Part shown: in pieces, positions 1 to 8,800 of the stretch
Numbering within the stretch: the first letter of the stretch is position 1
Layout of the letters: each line of letters starts with the position of its first letter
Source: Spirochaetota bacterium
Lineage (GTDB): Bacteria > Spirochaetota > UBA4802 > UBA5550
Reading direction: 5' to 3'
Assembly (NCBI GenBank): GCA_050298055.1
Contig: JBNKTL010000052.1
Location: forward strand, 1 to 34,211
DNA length: 34,211 bases
The notes under the pieces: model-generated
What the model was told of the DNA's origin: nothing
The model's database searches: none
The model's input: only the letters and a program-made list of their open reading frames with translations
Position numbers and translations under genes: made by a program

Positions 1-47
1 CCCCTAGTGTCAACATAGTTGTCGCCTAAAATATTTAGGAGATAACT

Positions 48-530
48 ATGAAATACAGCAGAAGAATGAAAGAATCAGCCCTAAGAAAAATATTGCCACC
101 TGAAAACCGGTCAGTGTCGGATGTGGCCCGGGAAATGGGAATTTCTGACCAAACAATTTATAACTGGAAAAAAAAAGCTGAAAATGGTACATTGATATTA
201 GATGAATCAAGCAGTCCTTTGGATACGGGACAATTAGAACGATACAACCTGATAATTGAGGCTAAGACAATCGATCCAGATAAGATTGGAGAATGGTTGC
301 GAGAAAAGGGACTGCATAGTGAGCATCTGAGTCTATGGGAACAGGAGATAAAAGATACTTTGAGCAATAAAGATAATAAAATAAAACTTGAGAATCAGAA
401 ATTAAAAAAAGAAAAGAAGGAACTTGAAAAGGAACTCCGCCGCAAAGAGAAAGCCCTTGCTGAAATGGCCGCATTGTTGACACTTAAAAAAAAAGCGGAT
501 GTTATCTGGGGGGACGACAAGGAAGAATGA
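48..530 (+). CDS. IS3-family transposase OrfA (HTH plus coiled coil)
   Basis: HTH motif SVSDVAREMGISDQTIYNWKK, C-terminal leucine-zipper-like coiled coil ending LKKKA, SD AGGAG upstream. Confidence 0.92.
   Translation: MKYSRRMKESALRKILPPENRSVSDVAREMGISDQTIYNWKKKAENGTLILDESSSPLDTGQLERYNLIIEAKTIDPDKIGEWLREKGLHSEHLSLWEQEIKDTLSNKDNKIKLENQKLKKEKKELEKELRRKEKALAEMAALLTLKKKADVIWGDDKEE
486..495 (+). other. Putative -1 frameshift or slippage site (A9G) joining orfA to orfB
   Basis: AAAAAAAAAG at 486-495; the -1 frame is open from 494 to the orfB ATG at 527. orfA stop and orfB start also overlap (ATGA). Confidence 0.7.
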
Positions 531-1567
531 TTTCCCTTGATTATAAAAGAGAAGCTATTGAACTGATCAGAGAGGCTGTAGAAGCTGGAGCCAGCAGGGC
601 AAAGGCTTGCGAAACCATTGGGATCAGCCTGAGAAGTCTGCAGAGGTGGGAGAAAGACTGCACTGCCGATAAACGCAAGGGTTCATTGAAAATGGTTTAC
701 CGAAAACTGTCAGAGGGAGAACGACAGGATATTATTGATATCTCATGCGATGATCGTTTTAAAGACCTTACACCGCATGAAATTGTCCCAATATTGGCTG
801 AGGATGGCCGTTATATTGCGTCTGAATCGACATTTTATCGTGTTTTAAAGCAGGAATCAATGATCCATCACAGGAGAAACAGCAGACCTCAATCAAAAAC
901 CGGGAAACCTCCGGAACTGAAAGCCACGGGTCCGAACCAAGTCTGGAGCTGGGATATTACCTGGTTGAGGTCTGATATTTCAGGTATCTTTTACTATTGT
1001 TACATGATTAAAGATATCTGGAAGAAGAACATAGTTGGTTGGGAGATTCATGATTATGAGAGTGTTGATATTTCTTCAGAAATGTTTAAGAGATTAAAAT
1101 TCAAATATGACCTGAAGGGTGTTCGGCTGCATTCAGATAACGGGAATCCCATGAGAGGCTCAACAATGATTATTACTCTTCATAACCTGGGAGTTATACC
1201 GTCTTTTAGCAGGCCCCGGGTGAGTAGTGATAATCCATTTATTGAATCGCTCTTCAGTACAATGAAATACACTGCAGGGTATCCTGGTAGATTTAATAGC
1301 CTATTTCATGCAAGAGAATGGATGTCAGGTTTTGTGGATTGGTATAATACGAAGCACCGTCACTCAGCAATAGGTTATGTGACACCTGAACAGCGAGGAT
1401 CAGGAATTGATCTTGAAATATTTAAAAGGCGTAATTCAGTTATTGAAGAAGCTAGAAAAAAACATCCTGAGAGATGGGGGAAGAAAATCAAGAAATGGGA
1501 AAACCTTGATGTTGTTATTTTGAATCCTGTCCAAAAGCAGGACGAAAACTTAATAAATGTTGCATAA
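527..1567 (+). CDS. IS3-family transposase OrfB (DDE integrase core)
   Basis: WSWDITW, LHSDNG, DNPFIESLFSTMK (D-D-E triad) and YNTKHRHSAIGYVTP. Confidence 0.95.
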   Translation: MISLDYKREAIELIREAVEAGASRAKACETIGISLRSLQRWEKDCTADKRKGSLKMVYRKLSEGERQDIIDISCDDRFKDLTPHEIVPILAEDGRYIASESTFYRVLKQESMIHHRRNSRPQSKTGKPPELKATGPNQVWSWDITWLRSDISGIFYYCYMIKDIWKKNIVGWEIHDYESVDISSEMFKRLKFKYDLKGVRLHSDNGNPMRGSTMIITLHNLGVIPSFSRPRVSSDNPFIESLFSTMKYTAGYPGRFNSLFHAREWMSGFVDWYNTKHRHSAIGYVTPEQRGSGIDLEIFKRRNSVIEEARKKHPERWGKKIKKWENLDVVILNPVQKQDENLINVA

Positions 1568-1589
1568 AAAAGCGACAACTATGTTGACA

Positions 1590-1710
1590 TATAGCAGGTA
1601 CGCTCTGTAAGCATACCGGCGATTATTTCGTAACTTGATGGAAAGAGAACCTGCCGGAAGTTTATTTAGATCGTTTTCGTAACGTTTACTCAATAATAAC
1701 CGGTTTTCAT
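1590..1710 (-). pseudogene. Gene remnant interrupted by the IS (RYENDLNKLPAGSLSIKLRNNRRYAYRAY)
   Basis: Resembles small basic LPxGSL..K......YAY proteins of accessory regions; no convincing start, and the frame runs into the IS end. Confidence 0.4.
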
Positions 1711-1737
1711 TTTTTACTGATAGAGAAAAGAAGCGAG

Positions 1738-1878
1738 TCAGGAAGACGAGCGCATAAGGCGGTGTTTGTCCCATTTTTCCTGATCATATTCAAGAAACCA
1801 TGAGCGGAATTTCTTTAAATCGTCAGGTTTGAGATTTTCAACAGCTCTTTCTATGTCTTTTATTGTTTTAAGTTTCAT
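1738..1878 (-). pseudogene. 3'-truncated putative antitoxin (46 aa)
   Basis: Manual translation MKLKTIKDIERAVENLKPDDLKKFRSWFLEYDQEKWDK-HRLMRSSS*. It matches the IE.AI..L...EL..FR.WF..FD...WD pattern of small RelE-partner antitoxins; resemblance stops after WDK. Confidence 0.55.
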
Positions 1879-1928
1879 TGGTAATTTACACTTCCTCTCC
1901 GGCAGCTATATATAATATGATTTTATCA

Positions 1929-2081
1929 TCATTTTTTTAAATTATTAATAACCTTCCAGTCCCCTTTATCAAACTTTTCTTCCTTAACTTCTTTAATAAT
2001 TTTTTTCATTTCCTGATCTTCTTCCGGAGAATCAGGCGCCACAACTGTAACTTCAAATGTTTTCTTGCTAATTACTTTCAC
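1929..2081 (-). CDS. Small hypothetical protein (50 aa, GTG start)
   Basis: Manual translation MKVISKKTFEVTVVAPDSPEEDQEMKKIIKEVKEEKFDKGDWKVINNLKK*; purine-rich upstream sequence; protein-like composition. Confidence 0.45.
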   Translation of the reverse strand: MKVISKKTFEVTVVAPDSPEEDQEMKKIIKEVKEEKFDKGDWKVINNLKK

Positions 2082-2152
2082 TCTCTAATCTCTCATCAAT
2101 AAAATTAATTGCGTCCGTATCATTTAAATTATAAGCTGTAATTATAAAGTAT

Positions 2153-2170
2153 CGTACTGTTAATAGTACG
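2153..2170. promoter_or_regulatory. Operator-like palindrome CGTACTGTTAATAGTACG
   Basis: Near-perfect 18-bp palindrome within a possible minus-strand promoter (TTTAAA-17-TACGAT), the same layout as the neighbouring TA promoters. Confidence 0.4.
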
Positions 2171-2186
2171 CAGTTTAAAATAAAAA

Positions 2187-2546
2187 TCAAGCAGCCAAAT
2201 TAAATTCTATAATATCATATTCAACAATTGGTGTTGTTGTTGTTCGGCCATCTTTTGACTTTTTGAGTTTAATAACATTTATTTTTTCATAAAAAAGTAT
2301 TATTTTATTTAAATTTGAAACATCTTTATCCATCAACTTGGCTAATTCATAAATTGATTTGGGTTTATTATGAATGATACAGGATAAAATATCAATATTT
2401 CTGATAAATTTATTAAAATCCCGTTTATTATCAAAGGAAATTTCATAATGTTCCTTTAGCTTATTATTTCTGGCCAGGTTAAATGCATTTTTGAAATCAT
2501 TTAAAACATTACTGGAAGTTTTTAATGAAACAATTAATTTTTTCAT
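2187..2546 (-). CDS. HTH antitoxin/regulator, HVO_A0114-like (TumA-type)
   Basis: PKSIYELAKLMDKDVSNL winged HTH and P.V.YD.I C-terminus; 4-nt overlap with the upstream DUF6516-like gene. Confidence 0.75.
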   Translation of the reverse strand: MKKLIVSLKTSSNVLNDFKNAFNLARNNKLKEHYEISFDNKRDFNKFIRNIDILSCIIHNKPKSIYELAKLMDKDVSNLNKIILFYEKINVIKLKKSKDGRTTTTPIVEYDIIEFNLAA

Positions 2547-2836
2547 AGAATTACTCCAAATATATCTTTCACGAGATTTTTGAAATCATTTATTAATATA
2601 TCTTCATTTATAAAATTATACGGAAATTCTTTGTCGTTAATGTGATAATGATCCCCTTTAGGCAAATGATTATCAAATATTATTCTTTTTCCTGTTTTTA
2701 TTTCTAAAAACAATAAATTATATTTTATTGAATCAGGAAATCTTTCCGGAGGACTTTCAAATATCCTAAGCTTTAACTCTAATAAAAATTTATTTTGAAT
2801 TAAAGCTTTATGATGATAGATTAATTTAGATTCCAT
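2543..2836 (-). CDS. DUF6516-like (TumE-type) toxin
   Basis: FPDSIKYNL ... FDNHLPKGDHYH motif typical of DUF6516; paired with an HTH partner. Confidence 0.75.
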   Translation of the reverse strand: MESKLIYHHKALIQNKFLLELKLRIFESPPERFPDSIKYNLLFLEIKTGKRIIFDNHLPKGDHYHINDKEFPYNFINEDILINDFKNLVKDIFGVIL

Positions 2837-2873
2837 ATTGGTAATAATATACCAATATGTATTTATTTGTCAA
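2834..2873 (-). promoter_or_regulatory. Sigma70-type promoter with 10-bp operator palindrome, probably leaderless
   Basis: TTGACA (2868-2873), -10 TATATT or TATTAT 7-9 nt from the ATG, no SD. Perfect arms CATATTGGTA (2834-2843) and TACCAATATG (2850-2859) overlap the start codon. Confidence 0.65.
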
Positions 2874-3004
2874 TAATTTAATAAATTTCTTGAAACATAC
2901 AAGCACCATTGGCTTTGCAGGAAACATTCATTTACTTTTTGAGTTCTTCATCATGTAAATCCTGTCTAAAACTCTTTCCCCGGGATTCCGGGAAGAATCA
3001 TATA

Positions 3005-3169
3005 TTATATATTCCCATGAAGCTGCCGCAGCGGTAACGGTTTGACCCTTTGCCATTCTTTTGATAGATGTTCCGCCTGCCATAGATCATAGTTCTTTTG
3101 CAGATTCATCCATAATTCAGGTGTGGTATCAAAAGCCCTGGCAAGACGAAGCGACATATCCGGAGTTAC
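3005..3169 (-). pseudogene. higA: HigA antitoxin C-terminal remnant
   Basis: Manual translation VTPDMSLRLARAFDTTPELWMNLQKNYDLWQAE..., the classic HigA/VapI C-terminal half; the N-terminal part is missing. Confidence 0.85.
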
Positions 3170-3357
3170 TGCCCCTTTTTATCTCCGTATAATTTGTGGA
3201 GATTTGAACCGGGATAATTTATATCTTTGATTTCATTTGCAGCATTAAGTCTATCGAGTATTCTTTCAAGCCTTCCGGCATATTCAGCTTTTATGCCTTT
3301 TTTATTGCCGGTATAAAAAAAATCTTCTATACCTTTATGCCTGAATGATTTGATCAC
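3166..3357 (-). pseudogene. higB: HigB (killer-protein type, RelE-like) toxin, 3'-truncated
   Basis: GTG start at 3357: VIKSFRHKGIEDFFYTG...LHKLYGDKKGQ*. It lacks the SGNWR-containing C-terminal third. Confidence 0.85.
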
Positions 3358-3392
3358 AAATAAAACGTAACCATACAGGTTACAGCTGTCAA
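3358..3392 (-). promoter_or_regulatory. higBA promoter with operator, probably leaderless
   Basis: TTGACA-17-TACGTT, then 6 nt to GTG; palindrome GTAACC-N5-GGTTAC at 3367-3383. Confidence 0.65.
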
Positions 3393-3485
3393 TATATTTT
3401 TTTCGGTTCATTACGAAATGCGGGGATTTATAAAATGGAACCAAGAAGAGATAATGGCACTGTATTCATGCAAAATAAGTTAAAA

Positions 3486-3512
3486 GTCCCCCTCCGGGGG
3501 ATTCAGGGGGCT
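3486..3512. repeat. REP-like GC-rich repeat, single copy
   Basis: GTCCCCCTCCGGGGGATTCAGGGGGCT, closely related to the two copies at 20262-20337. Confidence 0.6.
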
Positions 3513-3520
3513 CCCGAACC

Positions 3521-3688
3521 CTACAAATTCCTGAGCCTGTAGTACTTATCTTCGTACACTGAAATGAGCCAGGACACCTGGTCCAGCCTGTCTCCCTCTT
3601 CTGTTTTTGGCATGGGATCCCTTCTGGTCAGAAATTCCGCTTCTCTCAGGTAAGCCTCGTACATTTTCTCCGATATGATCTCTTCCAT
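3521..3688 (-). CDS. HigA-type antitoxin N-terminal (toxin-binding) domain only, 55 aa
   Basis: Manual translation MEEIISEKMYEAYLREAEFLTRRDPMPKTEEGDRLDQVSWLISVYEDKYYRLRNL*. It matches the I.TE..YE.AL...E.L...P..GT.EGDRL..L..L...YE pattern; no HTH follows. Confidence 0.65.
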   Translation of the reverse strand: MEEIISEKMYEAYLREAEFLTRRDPMPKTEEGDRLDQVSWLISVYEDKYYRLRNL

Positions 3689-3703
3689 TGTAAACCTGCC
3701 AGT

Positions 3704-3961
3704 CTACATTATATAAACAATTCCCGTATTATAGGCGACCTTTGTAAGGAGCCTTACATTGCAGTCCATAACGGTAATAATAATATTCTTCTGAGATACG
3801 GTAACTGTTACGGAGTTCATATTATGAAAATCCTTCATGACATCATCCGGTGTGTGCCACTTCCCCTTCTCCATACGGTCCACAATATCCATGAATTCCG
3901 GACCGTAGTCAGAATGGGTTTTCATGTAGTTATAAACAGCTTTTCGTCCTATGACTCTCAT
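3704..3961 (-). CDS. HigB-family mRNA interferase-like toxin (divergent, possibly nonsense-truncated)
   Basis: MRVIGRK start, W.TP.DV..DF and RL...V.Y..G.VYI motifs; the usual GTHAEYD tail is absent. Confidence 0.65.
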   Translation of the reverse strand: MRVIGRKAVYNYMKTHSDYGPEFMDIVDRMEKGKWHTPDDVMKDFHNMNSVTVTVSQKNIIITVMDCNVRLLTKVAYNTGIVYIM

Positions 3962-3996
3962 ATAATAAGTATAACAGGAGAGAAACTCAGAGTCAA
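3962..3996 (-). promoter_or_regulatory. Near-consensus leaderless promoter
   Basis: TTGACT (3991-3996), 17 bp, extended -10 TGtTATACT (-10 at 3968-3973), then 6 nt to ATG; no SD. Confidence 0.7.
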
Positions 3997-4025
3997 ATTC
4001 CCGGGGAAGATTTCGGAAAAAAATT

Positions 4026-5882
4026 TCAGCCCCAGAGGCTCTCCCGGAGGCCGGAGCTTCTCCTCACGGGGTTATCTATGGCAGCAGAGAGGACGTCCCT
4101 GCTCCCCCATATCTCCACCTCTTTCCTGGCCCGGGTGAGACCGGTGTAAAGAAGCTCCCTGCTGAGAAGAGGAGAGGAAAAGGGAGGGATAATAAGAAGG
4201 AGAGTATCAAACTCCGACCCCTGGCTCTTGTGTATTGTCATTGCGAAGGAGGTTTCATGTTCGGGAATCATGCCGGCACTTATCTTCCTGAGTCCCCGGT
4301 CCGGTCCGGGGAAAAAGGCGGAGATCTCGTTGTTGTCCCGGAAGAGGACCCCCGTATCTCCGTTAAAGAGCATTCTCCTGTAGTCGTTCCGGGTAATCAG
4401 GACCGGTTTTTTGTGATAAAGTTCTCCGTAAGGTTTAATCAACCCCTTCCTTTTAAGAATATTTTCGATTTCACTGTTAATGTTCTCAACTCCCCAGGGC
4501 CCTTTCCGGAGAGCCGTGAGGACCCTGTAGCGGGAGATTTTTTCAAGGGCTTCTCCCGGAGTGGCTGATTCAAGGAACCCTTCGTATCCCGCAGCCACCC
4601 TCTCCCCGAGTAATGAGAGAAAATTTCCGTGATCATCAATTTCAAAAAATTTACAATCGGGATATTTGCCCTCTTCCAGAAGGCCCATGGCTGCTTTTGA
4701 ATTTCCGCTCCTGATAAGCATGCTCAGCGTACCGATCCCGCTGTCGCCGGTAAAGCGGTAACTTCTCTCCAGCACGAAAAGTGAATCCGCAAGGGCCGGT
4801 TCATCAGGGGACTGCATCTTTTCCGGTATGCCTATCCCTGAAGCGGACCTGATCCTTTCGGTGAGGGAGGCCGAGTAACCATGTCTGTTCCCGGCATCAC
4901 AGATATCCGCAAAGACAGCCCCCGCTTCTATTGACGCGAGCTGGTCCTTGTCCCCCAGGAGGACCAGGGAGGAACTCTCGGGCAGCGCCTCAAGGAGCTT
5001 GCACATGAGGGGCAGATCGATCATTGAGCACTCATCAACAACAACAAGATCGTAGGGAAGCTTTCTTTGGGCATTATACCTGAAATAAGGGGTCCCCCGC
5101 AGCGGGCCAAGGAGCCTGTGCAGGGTCAGCACATTGTCCGTAAGTTCTTCGGGAATCGTATAACCGTCAAAGACTCCCGCAAGATCACCCATTGCCTCCT
5201 TTAATCTTCCCGCGGCCTTTCCCGTTGGAGCGGTAAGGGCTGTCCGTATCCTCCTCCCCGCCTCCTCTTCCCTTTTCATGAGAAGCAATACCGCTTTCAG
5301 TATGGTTGAGCTCTTCCCGGTACCGGGTCCTCCCGAAAGAACGGTGAGCTTCCCGGTGAGGAGAGCCGCCGCGGAGACCCCCTGCCAGTCAGTTTCACCC
5401 GGGGGAAGGTCCCCGGGAAAAAGCCGGTTAAAATCATCAATGAAAAGAGTCTCCCTTTGAAACCGGGAAGTTTTTCCCGCCATCATTTTGATCATCCCGG
5501 CCAGTCGGGTCTCATACTCCCTGTACCGGGAGAGATAGAGCCTGTCCAGGGAATCCAGTATCAGGGGCCGGGAGTCCCCCGGCCTTCCCACTGTTTTTGA
5601 GGCAAGGAGTCTCTCCCTCCATTCCGGCAGGAGGGGGAGCCGGTGATCGGTGTCCTCTTCTTCCAGTTCAAAGATATCAGACAGTCTCTTTCCCGCCATC
5701 TCCCTCAGATCGGCGCAGATATGCCCTTCTCCCGTGAGATAGCTGGCAATTGCCGCCGCTAGGTAGAGGGGAAGGTCCGGTTTTCCCTCAATTTCCCACA
5801 TAAGACCGGCGAAGTAGTTGTGGATCTCCTCAAAGAAACCTGTGTTGACTTCATCCCGGGCCGTGTAAATCAGTGAATTCAT
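4026..5882 (-). CDS. recD: Exodeoxyribonuclease V alpha subunit RecD
   Basis: GGPGTGKS Walker A, APTGKAA, VVDECSMID, FAMTIHKSQGSEFD, ELLYTGLTRAR; ATG at 5882 overlaps the recB stop (ATGA). Confidence 0.97.
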   Translation of the reverse strand: MNSLIYTARDEVNTGFFEEIHNYFAGLMWEIEGKPDLPLYLAAAIASYLTGEGHICADLREMAGKRLSDIFELEEEDTDHRLPLLPEWRERLLASKTVGRPGDSRPLILDSLDRLYLSRYREYETRLAGMIKMMAGKTSRFQRETLFIDDFNRLFPGDLPPGETDWQGVSAAALLTGKLTVLSGGPGTGKSSTILKAVLLLMKREEEAGRRIRTALTAPTGKAAGRLKEAMGDLAGVFDGYTIPEELTDNVLTLHRLLGPLRGTPYFRYNAQRKLPYDLVVVDECSMIDLPLMCKLLEALPESSSLVLLGDKDQLASIEAGAVFADICDAGNRHGYSASLTERIRSASGIGIPEKMQSPDEPALADSLFVLERSYRFTGDSGIGTLSMLIRSGNSKAAMGLLEEGKYPDCKFFEIDDHGNFLSLLGERVAAGYEGFLESATPGEALEKISRYRVLTALRKGPWGVENINSEIENILKRKGLIKPYGELYHKKPVLITRNDYRRMLFNGDTGVLFRDNNEISAFFPGPDRGLRKISAGMIPEHETSFAMTIHKSQGSEFDTLLLIIPPFSSPLLSRELLYTGLTRARKEVEIWGSRDVLSAAIDNPVRRSSGLRESLWG

Positions 5883-8800
5883 TTGAGGGGCCCCCCGCAT
5901 ATTTTTTCCTCCAGGGCGAGAATTTTCCCGTAGTCCGGCCGGTGAGAGAATATCCCGCTGCCGCTTTTCCCTTTTACTCCCCGGAGAAAGATATAGAAGA
6001 CCGGCCCCAGGGACTTTTCATAGCTGTAACCCGGTTCCCTGAGAGTGAGGAACCTGTGGAGGGCCAGGGTGTAGAGATGGTACTGCAGGGTGTAGAGGTT
6101 GTTCTCCATCTCCGCGGCGAGAGAGCTGAAACTGTAGTCATCCGGGGTTTTCCCCAGGAAATTGGATTTCCAGTCAACAATGCAGTACCTGTCCCCTGCC
6201 TTAAAGACCATGTCAATGAACCCCTTAAAAAAACCGGCAGACTCCCTGAAATTCAATCCCGATACTTTCATGCTCCTCTCCCCGATCCGAATATCCGAAA
6301 GGACCTCTTCAATGATGCCTGGAGAGACCCTCTCCACGGGAAAACAGAATTCAAGTTCATTGAGCCGGCTGCTTTTCTCAATGCTCCCCAGGGTGAAATT
6401 TTTATCCTGCGGATCAAGGAGAGCATCCGCAAGGTCCTCCAGGCATGCTGCTACCGTGTCCGCCCACAGGGGATCGTACCTGTAATTCCGAAGGACCGAC
6501 TCGATGAGCTCACGGTTCTCCGAAGAACCCGGGTCTCTCAAGTCCGCGTGTTCAAGTATTTCATGAAGAAGGCTCCCGGCAACTGTTCCCCGGGGAAAGG
6601 ACGCCATGCTGTACTCCCGTATGGTCTCACTTTTCTCCCCTGAAGTCCGGGGGAGGTCCCTGTCTTTTCCCTCAAAATCCCCGCTGTGCCGGGAGGAGAT
6701 CAATGAGGAATAGCTGGATATCCGCCACCCGGTATCGATCATCGAGGTAAATTCCCCGCAGTGAAGAGGGGACCGGGTTTCCCGGCTCCTGTATTTCCCC
6801 TTTACCGCTTCAGGCTCAAGTGAAAGAAGTTTTATGGCACCCCCCGAATCTTTCGCAAGGTTTTCAAGCTGGCTGAACATCTTTTTTGAATCAATACCGT
6901 TCATCTGTTCTTCAAGAGAGCCCGCGGGATCGGTTTCATCAATTTCCTCTCCGTGAAGGAGATACGCCGGCGCGGAGCTGTCCGACTGGTTGATCCTGCC
7001 CCAGTAGAAGTAACAGGAGTTGCGGGCCCGTGTGAGGGCCACATACATGAGCCTGATATTTTCCGCGAGCTCCTCCTTTCGCGCTCTCACCCGGTTCTCC
7101 CTTATTCCCGATCCCATGTCCATCACCAGGCTGTTGTCGGAGGAACCGTCATGGAACCGGAAAATCTCACTGCCGCTCCCTGTTTTCACGCCCTCCCAGG
7201 TGAAGGGACAGAATACCACGGGAAACTCCAGTCCCTTGCTCCTGTGTATGGTTATGAGGCTCACCGCGTTGCCGTCCGATTCAAGCCTCAGCTGGTTTTC
7301 TTCTCCCCCGGGTGAATTGATTTTTTCCGCGAGCCATTTGATGAGCCCCCGGGGTCCGGGCCTCTCCGCGGTCTCCTTTCTGTGAAGGAGCTCGGCAATA
7401 TGGAGAATATTTGTCATACTCCGTTCCCCGAAGGGAGAGGAGAGTATGGCGGACCGGGTCCCTTCATTGGCCATGAGCCTGTTAAACATGGTTATGAACC
7501 CGTTCTTTATCCAGAGCCGGGAGTATTCCTGGAAGCTGCTCATGACACTGCTCCAGAGCTCTTCGTCCCGGTTAAGCCGGAGGATCCTGTTCCCGCTGTA
7601 CCCGAAAAGCGGCGTGGAGAGCGCTGTTTTTACCAGCACTTCGCTTGAAGGTTCCGCCACCGCGGAAAGAATATGCATAATGCTTACTGCCTCCTCAGAG
7701 GAAAAGACGCTCTCCGTTCCGTAAAGCACACCCGGTATTCCCAGGACGGAGAGGTAACCCTGAATTTTCACAGCCTGGTTCTTCTTCCTGACCAGTACCG
7801 CGATATCCTCCGGTTTCAGGGGCCTCTCCCCGATAAGGGTCTTTCCCCCTGAACCTGAATCAACAAGCCTGAAGATCTCCATGGCAACAGAGCGGGCAAT
7901 GAACTCCTCGGCCTCAGTCTTCAGGATAAACTTCTTTTCTTCTTTTTGAAAAAGAGAGTTTTTCATATAACAGAGTGTAAATGCCGGCAGCTCCCTCCCC
8001 TCTTTCGTGAGTTTTTTATGTTCCCGCTCCGGGGTATCAACCGGGGGAAAATCTATCTCCCTGAAGATAAAGGGAATTTTTCGTCTGCCGAAGAGGGTAT
8101 TGCACGCGGAAACGAGCTTTTTCCCCGACCGCCAGTTTTTGTCCAGGGTATAGCTGTTTTTCACTGACTTCAGGGCGTTCAGATACGCGAAGATATCCCC
8201 CCCCCTGAAGCCGTATATGGCCTGCTTCGGGTCCCCGATGAGGAAGAGTATGGAATCCCTGCCGAAAAGCTTTGAAAATATCCTGTACTGGGCGGAGTCC
8301 GTGTCCTGGAACTCATCGATGAGAGCCGCCCTGTATCTCTTTCTCACGGCCCCGGCCAGGGGTGAACCGGCGCCGCCCTTCAGAGAGCGGTCCACCTCCC
8401 CGATGAGGTCATCATATAACCGGGTGTTGTACTTTCTGTTATATTCAGCCTGTTCCCTCTCTGCGAAGCGGAGCAGGTCCCCCCTGATAAAGAGGAGATA
8501 TTGATGAAGGATTTCCTCCAGGGAGGAATATGAAGCCATGAAGTCCCCGGCGAGATCAAAGTACCTGTGTACCGGTGCCGCGGCGCCTTTATTCAGGCTT
8601 TCGGACAGGGTGCCGGCGGCGAATTTTCCGAAATGTTCCGGAAGGTCCATGGGGTTGCTCCCGGCCATAAATATCCGTGTGTCATGGATAAGATCATCAA
8701 TGGTCCCTTTCCTGTATTTAGACCTGCTGATGGCTTTATCATGGATGATGATATCAATAATTTTATCACTCTCCTTTTCCCATGTCTCTTTCAGTGTGTT

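Larger units (their letters stand above)
8..1589 (+). mobile_element. IS3-family insertion sequence
   Basis: Perfect 18-bp inverted repeats TGTCAACATAGTTGTCGC (8-25) and GCGACAACTATGTTGACA (1572-1589), TG...CA ends, enclosing orfA and orfB in the 0/-1 frame arrangement. No target-site duplication visible. Confidence 0.93.

Noticed and set aside
3358..3444. N-terminal extension of the higB ORF in the ORF track
   Set aside because: Family resemblance starts at the GTG at 3357; the extension covers the promoter and operator.
3704..3706. Genome-wide TAG recoding
   Set aside because: TAG serves as a normal stop for other genes here (26490, 32738), and long genes show no internal TAG.
1590..4000. 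Integron cassette array explanation for the TA strip
   Set aside because: No integrase in the window and no RYYYAAC...GTTRRRY attC pairs found after the ORFs by eye.
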